Of a stretch of DNA of 11,787 nucleotides, positions 7,279 through 11,787 are shown one piece after another. Position numbers and translations under genes: made by a program. This DNA comes from Candidatus Heimdallarchaeota archaeon (lineage in GTDB: Archaea > Asgardarchaeota > Wukongarchaeia > Wukongarchaeales > JBHIFL01): positions 1 to 11,787 of the forward strand of contig JBHIFL010000110.1 of assembly GCA_046761065.1 (NCBI GenBank). Direction: 5' to 3'. The notes beneath the pieces are model-generated. The model was not told where the DNA came from and made no database searches. It saw only the letters and a program-made list of their open reading frames with translations. Numbering within the stretch: position 1 is the stretch's first letter; each line of letters starts with the position of its first letter.

Positions 7279-7592
7279 GAAGCGAAAGGCAAATAAATTC
7301 ACGGGGATTGTGATGTTAGTAAATCACAACATTCACACAGTAAAGAGTTATGCCACAGTCGGACTTGTTTTCTATGGCTTGGCTACTTGTATTGCAATTT
7401 TTGCAATAGATATCTCATGGGTATTTTTGGTTAGTGTAGGACTCACTTTATGGGCGTACATTACCTATAAGAAGATAACTGAGGGAAATTACGCAGATGC
7501 GCGCACATACTCCCTCGTTCTAGGGATACTCGGACTTTTTCCCCCCTTTGGATCCTTTATTGGGGGAATATTCTTCCTATTAGCCTATGGAA
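7087..7592 (+). repeat. Perfect 43-bp direct repeat (7087-7129 and 7550-7592)
   Basis: GGATCCTTTATTGGGGGAATATTCTTCCTATTAGCCTATGGAA is identical in copies 1 and 2. Confidence 0.95.
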
Positions 7593-7740
7593 GACTGGGG
7601 GATGTACTACGGATTGTTCATATGACCCCATATCCAACCCACCTACATATGTAAGCAGTCGCATCTGTGTGGAATGTGGGCGACTTGTTGGAATAGAAGG
7701 CTACTTTTGCGCTCATTGTGGTGCTAAATTGCCCGAATAA
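7313..7740 (+). pseudogene. Membrane protein with zinc ribbon, tandem copy 2, frameshifted
   Basis: Paralog of copies 1 and 3 from ATG 7313. The frame stops at 7652-7654, while an intact ribbon PTYVSSRICVECGRLVGIEGYFCAHCGAKLPE* lies in the -1 frame and ends at 7740. Confidence 0.85.
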
Positions 7741-7768
7741 TGAGTAAAAGATCAAATACGGAGAAGTA

Positions 7769-8293
7769 ATGATAATGGCAGAAAATTTGGAAGCAAACAC
7801 CGCAAAGACATACGCTGTAGTTGGGCTCGTTTTCTATATTCTATCATTTATTGGTATCCTTTCAGGTATAATCACCGCAAATTGGTGGTTTTCTTGGACA
7901 GATATACCTTGGAGAGGTCCATGGGGTCTCAGTCCTAGTATCCCGGCATTAATCATTCTAGGAATAGGATTGTACCTAGTTGTGCACCTATTTTTATTGA
8001 TTTGGGCATATCTAACCTATAAGAAAATAATGATAGGTGATTACATAGGAGCTCGAACAGTAACCCTTCTTTTAGGAATTTTTGGACTTTTTCCATTCTT
8101 AGGATTGTTCATTGGTGGGATATTTTTCATTTTCACTTATGTACAACTAGGAGACGTACTAAGAATGGCTCAAAGAGCAATGTATACCCCCATCCAAGCA
8201 CATGCAAGTGATAAATCCTGTGCGAGCTGTGGACAAGTCGTTGGCATTAATGAAAAATTTTGCCCACGTTGTGGTGCTAAATTATGTTTATAA
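7769..8293 (+). CDS. Membrane protein with C-terminal zinc ribbon, tandem copy 3
   Basis: Shares KTYAVVGLVFY, WAY, LGIFGLFP and FIGGIFF..Y..LGDVLR with copies 1 and 2. Terminal CASC...CPRC. Start 7769 or 7775. Confidence 0.85.
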   Translation: MIMAENLEANTAKTYAVVGLVFYILSFIGILSGIITANWWFSWTDIPWRGPWGLSPSIPALIILGIGLYLVVHLFLLIWAYLTYKKIMIGDYIGARTVTLLLGIFGLFPFLGLFIGGIFFIFTYVQLGDVLRMAQRAMYTPIQAHASDKSCASCGQVVGINEKFCPRCGAKLCL

Positions 8294-8322
8294 TAGAATA
8301 ACTACCAACGATTTAATCTCCA

Positions 8323-8351
8323 TTTTTTCTTTTTTTCTATTTCATTTTTTT
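8323..8351 (+). terminator. Oligo-T tract, likely archaeal intrinsic terminator
   Basis: TTTTTTCTTTTTTTCTATTTCATTTTTTT about 30 nt after the copy-3 stop codon. Confidence 0.5.
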
Positions 8352-8547
8352 CAATCTTGATCGAATGAAAACAATATTTTTACTGTATTATATTATAATT
8401 GAGCTCATTATTTTATCAATTTAAGAGCTTATAGAGACCAATGCAGGAGTTAGGGATTAAAATGATAGTTTCATCTCAATGTAACCAAAAAAATCAAAAG
8501 ATTCAACACTTTTTTCTTGTTAATGAATTTGACACAGAGGGAATCCT

Positions 8548-10005
8548 ATGAAAACACCTGAAGAATATAAAGAAAGTCTACAGCAGATGCGTCCGAATAT
8601 CTATAAATTTGGAGAGCTGATCGAGGATGTGACCACTCACCCGACCACGAGATGGACCGTGGAAGGACATGCCCAAATGTATACATTGCAACAAGATCCG
8701 AAATATCAAGAACTCGTAACCACAACCTCTAGTCTCATAGCTGAGCGGATTTTTCGACATTTATCCCTTCTCAGAAGCCCAGAAGATCTCTATGCTGCCT
8801 CAAAACAGAAACGGTTGATGTTTAATCTTACTGGGACATGTACTGGGGCTCTATGTGCGGGTTGGAACGCTATTAACGCGATGTGGGCGACCACTTTTGA
8901 TATGGACAAAAAACTAGGAACAAGTTATCATGAAAGATTAAAGGAATGGCTTATTACTGCCCAAAAGAGAGCTATCACTATCTCTGGTGCGCTCACGGAT
9001 CCAAAAGGCGACAGATCCCTGCCTCCATCCCAGCAAGAAGACCCTGACATGAATCTGCGGATAGTAGAGCAACAAGAGGATGGAATCGTGGTACGAGGCG
9101 CCAAAATCATGATATGTGGGGTAGCGGCTGCAAATGAAATTTTCGTTTTGCCAGGATCTGGTTATAAAGAACCCGATCGGGATTGGGCGGTCTCTTTTGT
9201 GATCCCTAAAGACATCGACGGCTTAACATGCGTTGAAACACGCCATCCCAACGACGGAAGGGAAACCGAAGAAGGTTTTGATACACCCGTCAAGATCGGT
9301 GGGATCACTCAAGCCTTCCTTTTCTTTGAAGATGTCTTCGTCCCCCAGGAGCGTGTGTTCATGTGTGGTGAGTACATGTATTCTTTATCAGCTGTAATGA
9401 ATTTCATTGCTCCATATCGTGCCACAATTGGTGCATGCGTTGCCGGCCAAGGTGACGTTATGATTGGCGCCTCCATCTTGATGGCTCGAGCTAATGGGCT
9501 CTCTGAAAGCGTTTTTACTCAAAAACTTATTCAGATGAGTATTAATAATGAGACGACGTTTGGGATGGGGATCGCAGCAGCTGCCATGGGATCCCAGCAT
9601 CCCTCGGGCCTGTGGCAGTGCGATTCACTTTTAGCCAACGTCAACAAGGTCTATGTAGCAACATTGCCTTATCAAACGAAATGTATTGCACAGGACATTG
9701 GGGGAGGGATCGTCGAAACAGGGTGCATGCCTTCATATAAAGATTTCACCAATCCAGAGTATGGGCACCTCGTTCAGAAGTACTTGAAGGCACGGGCGTC
9801 CGCCGAGGCTCGAACCCGGGTCGCAAGGTTAGTAGAATGGCTCACTGTCGGAGCGGGTATCCCAGGTTGTATGCATGGGGGCGGTTCTCCGGAAGGAGCC
9901 AAATTAGTGATAAGGGCTACAACGGACTTTGAGAGATGTATAGGGTTAGCCCAGCGATTAGCAGGAATTGAAGAGGAGATCCCCTCGCCTATATCGAAAA
10001 AATAA
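8548..10005 (+). CDS. 4-hydroxybutyryl-CoA dehydratase (AbfD)/4-hydroxyphenylacetate 3-hydroxylase family flavoprotein, divergent
   Basis: MKTPEEYKESL start, ALTDPKGDRS, DGIVVRGAK, FEDVFVPQERVF and MHGGGSP; 485 aa; SD GAGGGA. Several AbfD catalytic positions appear substituted. Confidence 0.88.
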   Translation: MKTPEEYKESLQQMRPNIYKFGELIEDVTTHPTTRWTVEGHAQMYTLQQDPKYQELVTTTSSLIAERIFRHLSLLRSPEDLYAASKQKRLMFNLTGTCTGALCAGWNAINAMWATTFDMDKKLGTSYHERLKEWLITAQKRAITISGALTDPKGDRSLPPSQQEDPDMNLRIVEQQEDGIVVRGAKIMICGVAAANEIFVLPGSGYKEPDRDWAVSFVIPKDIDGLTCVETRHPNDGRETEEGFDTPVKIGGITQAFLFFEDVFVPQERVFMCGEYMYSLSAVMNFIAPYRATIGACVAGQGDVMIGASILMARANGLSESVFTQKLIQMSINNETTFGMGIAAAAMGSQHPSGLWQCDSLLANVNKVYVATLPYQTKCIAQDIGGGIVETGCMPSYKDFTNPEYGHLVQKYLKARASAEARTRVARLVEWLTVGAGIPGCMHGGGSPEGAKLVIRATTDFERCIGLAQRLAGIEEEIPSPISKK

Positions 10006-10369
10006 GAGATATAAACTCAAAAAAAATCGAAAATGTAAGGGATCCGGGTGTTAAAAGTGCTATGAATCCAAAATGAACTATGTACCGCCTAAAGAATTGA
10101 TACCGCGCCAATCATTGATTAAGGACGGTAATTAATCAACTAAAGTAAGAACACAATTTGAAGATTGATTGGTATCTCGATAATGCAAATCTGTGTGGTT
10201 TTGAAATTCTTATCCGAATGGAGATTCAAAAATAGGCAGTTATTAATTCCAGAACTTCTTAACCTCTTCATAAAATCTTGAAATTTTTCTTTTTAGGTTC
10301 TGATATAATCTGTATTTTTGGTATGAGGTTTATAATGAGCCATACTTACTTTTTCCCGAGGTATGGTAT

Positions 10370-10666
10370 TTGATCAAGACAATAGAAACGCGTAAGTCTG
10401 CCCAACTACTAGAAAATGATCTCCGTGTTCTTGAGGCGCTCCGTTGCACAGGGAGCGCTACTAGGTCTGAACTCATTGTTCGGTGTGACCTTCCTCGAAC
10501 TACAGTTTATGACTCGTTAGTTCGTCTCGAACACAAGGGATTTGTTGAACGTTATAGAGAACCCCGCACAATACCAGGACGCCCAAAAATCTTTTTCCTA
10601 CTTTCTGTATCGGCTTTAAGCTTTTTTTACAACAACATGAGAAGAAACAGGCAAAATTTAAAATGA
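10370..10666 (+). CDS. Small winged-HTH protein (TrmB-like DNA-binding domain only)
   Basis: ATRSELIVRCDLPRTTVYDSLVRLEHKGFVER...GRPKIFF. GAGGT SD before the TTG start. Confidence 0.75.
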   Translation: MIKTIETRKSAQLLENDLRVLEALRCTGSATRSELIVRCDLPRTTVYDSLVRLEHKGFVERYREPRTIPGRPKIFFLLSVSALSFFYNNMRRNRQNLK

Positions 10667-10711
10667 ACATTACTCAAGATGATCTTAACCAACACGAAAT
10701 CGTTTAAAAAA

Positions 10712-11677
10712 TTAACAGTTAACTGTATTTATAGCCATATTCAGGTTTGCTAGTGACGTGTTGCCTCCAGAACAAACAAGTCCTACTTTTTTGCTGTGGA
10801 GTTGGGGACGAATCTTAAACGCTGCAGCTAACGCCGCGGCGCCTGCTCCTTCTGCGAGAGTGTGAGCCCGTTCAATCATCCAAACCATTGCCTGCCTAAG
10901 TTCATTGTCACTAACAAGAATAAAATCATCTAAATGATCCCATAAGACCTTTTGTGGTAAGCTAAAAGCAACTCCTGCAGCTAGTCCTTCAGCAAAAGTT
11001 CGGTTTGGCGCTTCGACTAATTGTTTCTGTTTCCATGAGTTATAAGCTGCTGGTGAGGCTTCTGATTGAACGCCAATTACTTTTATCTGAGGATCAATTG
11101 CTTTTGTGACAATACATACCCCCGCAGCTCCACTTCCTCCGCCGACTGGTACAAATATGACATTAAGATCTGGTTCTTGGTGTAACATCTCTAACGCGTA
11201 AGTCCCAACACCAGCAATCAAATCTGGCTCATCCCCCGAATGAATATACCGATATCCATGTTCTTTCGCCAATTGTTCACAATAGGTCTTTGCTTCATCA
11301 TAATGGGCGCCATGAAAGATAACTTCTGCTCCCATGCCTTTCATGGCAGCTACTTTCCCCGGGTTTGCTTTTTCCGGTACAACAATAATTGCTTTTGCCC
11401 CAAAGAGTCTCGAAGCATAAGCTACTGATTGCCCATGATTACCTGTTGAAGCGGCAATCACACCTCTTTGTTTAAGATCCTCTGGTAGTTGAGAGATTAA
11501 GTTAATACCTCCCCGAACTTTGAAAGCTCCAACAGGCTGATAATTCTCATGTTTTATATACACTTCAGTTCCTAGCAGTTCATTAATTGCGGGATAGCTA
11601 TACAAAGGAGTTTTACTCAGGTATGGGCTTATCCGCCGTTGTGCTTCCAATACATCTCTAAATTCTGGAATTCTCAT
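10712..11677 (-). CDS. PLP-dependent threonine/serine dehydratase (or serine racemase-like), short form without ACT domain
   Basis: KHENYQPVGAFKVRG (PLP lysine), AASTGNHG, PVGGGSG, EGAGAAALAA and SGGN. Strong SD GAGGAGG. Confidence 0.92.
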   Translation of the reverse strand: MRIPEFRDVLEAQRRISPYLSKTPLYSYPAINELLGTEVYIKHENYQPVGAFKVRGGINLISQLPEDLKQRGVIAASTGNHGQSVAYASRLFGAKAIIVVPEKANPGKVAAMKGMGAEVIFHGAHYDEAKTYCEQLAKEHGYRYIHSGDEPDLIAGVGTYALEMLHQEPDLNVIFVPVGGGSGAAGVCIVTKAIDPQIKVIGVQSEASPAAYNSWKQKQLVEAPNRTFAEGLAAGVAFSLPQKVLWDHLDDFILVSDNELRQAMVWMIERAHTLAEGAGAAALAAAFKIRPQLHSKKVGLVCSGGNTSLANLNMAINTVNC

Positions 11678-11787
11678 TTCTAAACCTCCTCAGTAAATTT
11701 CTGATTGGAACTTAAATTTTATACATCTTGTAGGGTAAGAGCATTGGTTATGTCAATTTGTTCATTGTGGTTGAATGCTCTAAAACG

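Noticed and set aside
7214-7312. N-terminal 33 aa of the 7214-7654 ORF
   Set aside because: It overlaps the copy-1 zinc ribbon in another frame, and paralog alignment places the start at 7313.
522-11428. Short overlapping ORFs (522, 1233, 1741, 1872, 2275, 2470, 3190, 3970, 4451, 6813, 6900, 7618, 8578, 8928, 9388, 11240)
   Set aside because: Antisense or alternate-frame shadows of well-supported genes with no motifs of their own.
1-11787. CRISPR array, tRNA/rRNA, transposase or integrase
   Set aside because: No regularly spaced repeats, RNA gene signatures or mobile-element proteins were recognised.

Overview
Archaeal-looking accessory region (BRE/TATA promoter, two TrmB-type regulators, GGTG/GGAG-type Shine-Dalgarno (SD) motifs, zinc-ribbon membrane proteins); the host lineage cannot be fixed from sequence alone. 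The main feature is a minus-strand cluster: an ArsM-like SAM methyltransferase, an iron-sulfur flavoprotein, the mercury-methylation pair hgcA and hgcB, and a cupin. It is divergent from a TrmB-family regulator with CxC and C-terminal CC motifs, across an 89-bp spacer holding one palindromic TATA box inside inverted repeats. Further right are a prenyltransferase/squalene-cyclase-repeat protein, a decayed HEPN-like pseudogene absent from the ORF track, three tandem membrane/zinc-ribbon paralogs (the middle one frameshifted), an AbfD/HpaB-family flavoprotein with non-canonical active-site residues, a small wHTH protein and a PLP-dependent Ser/Thr dehydratase. All family assignments come from motif recognition by eye, not database searches.
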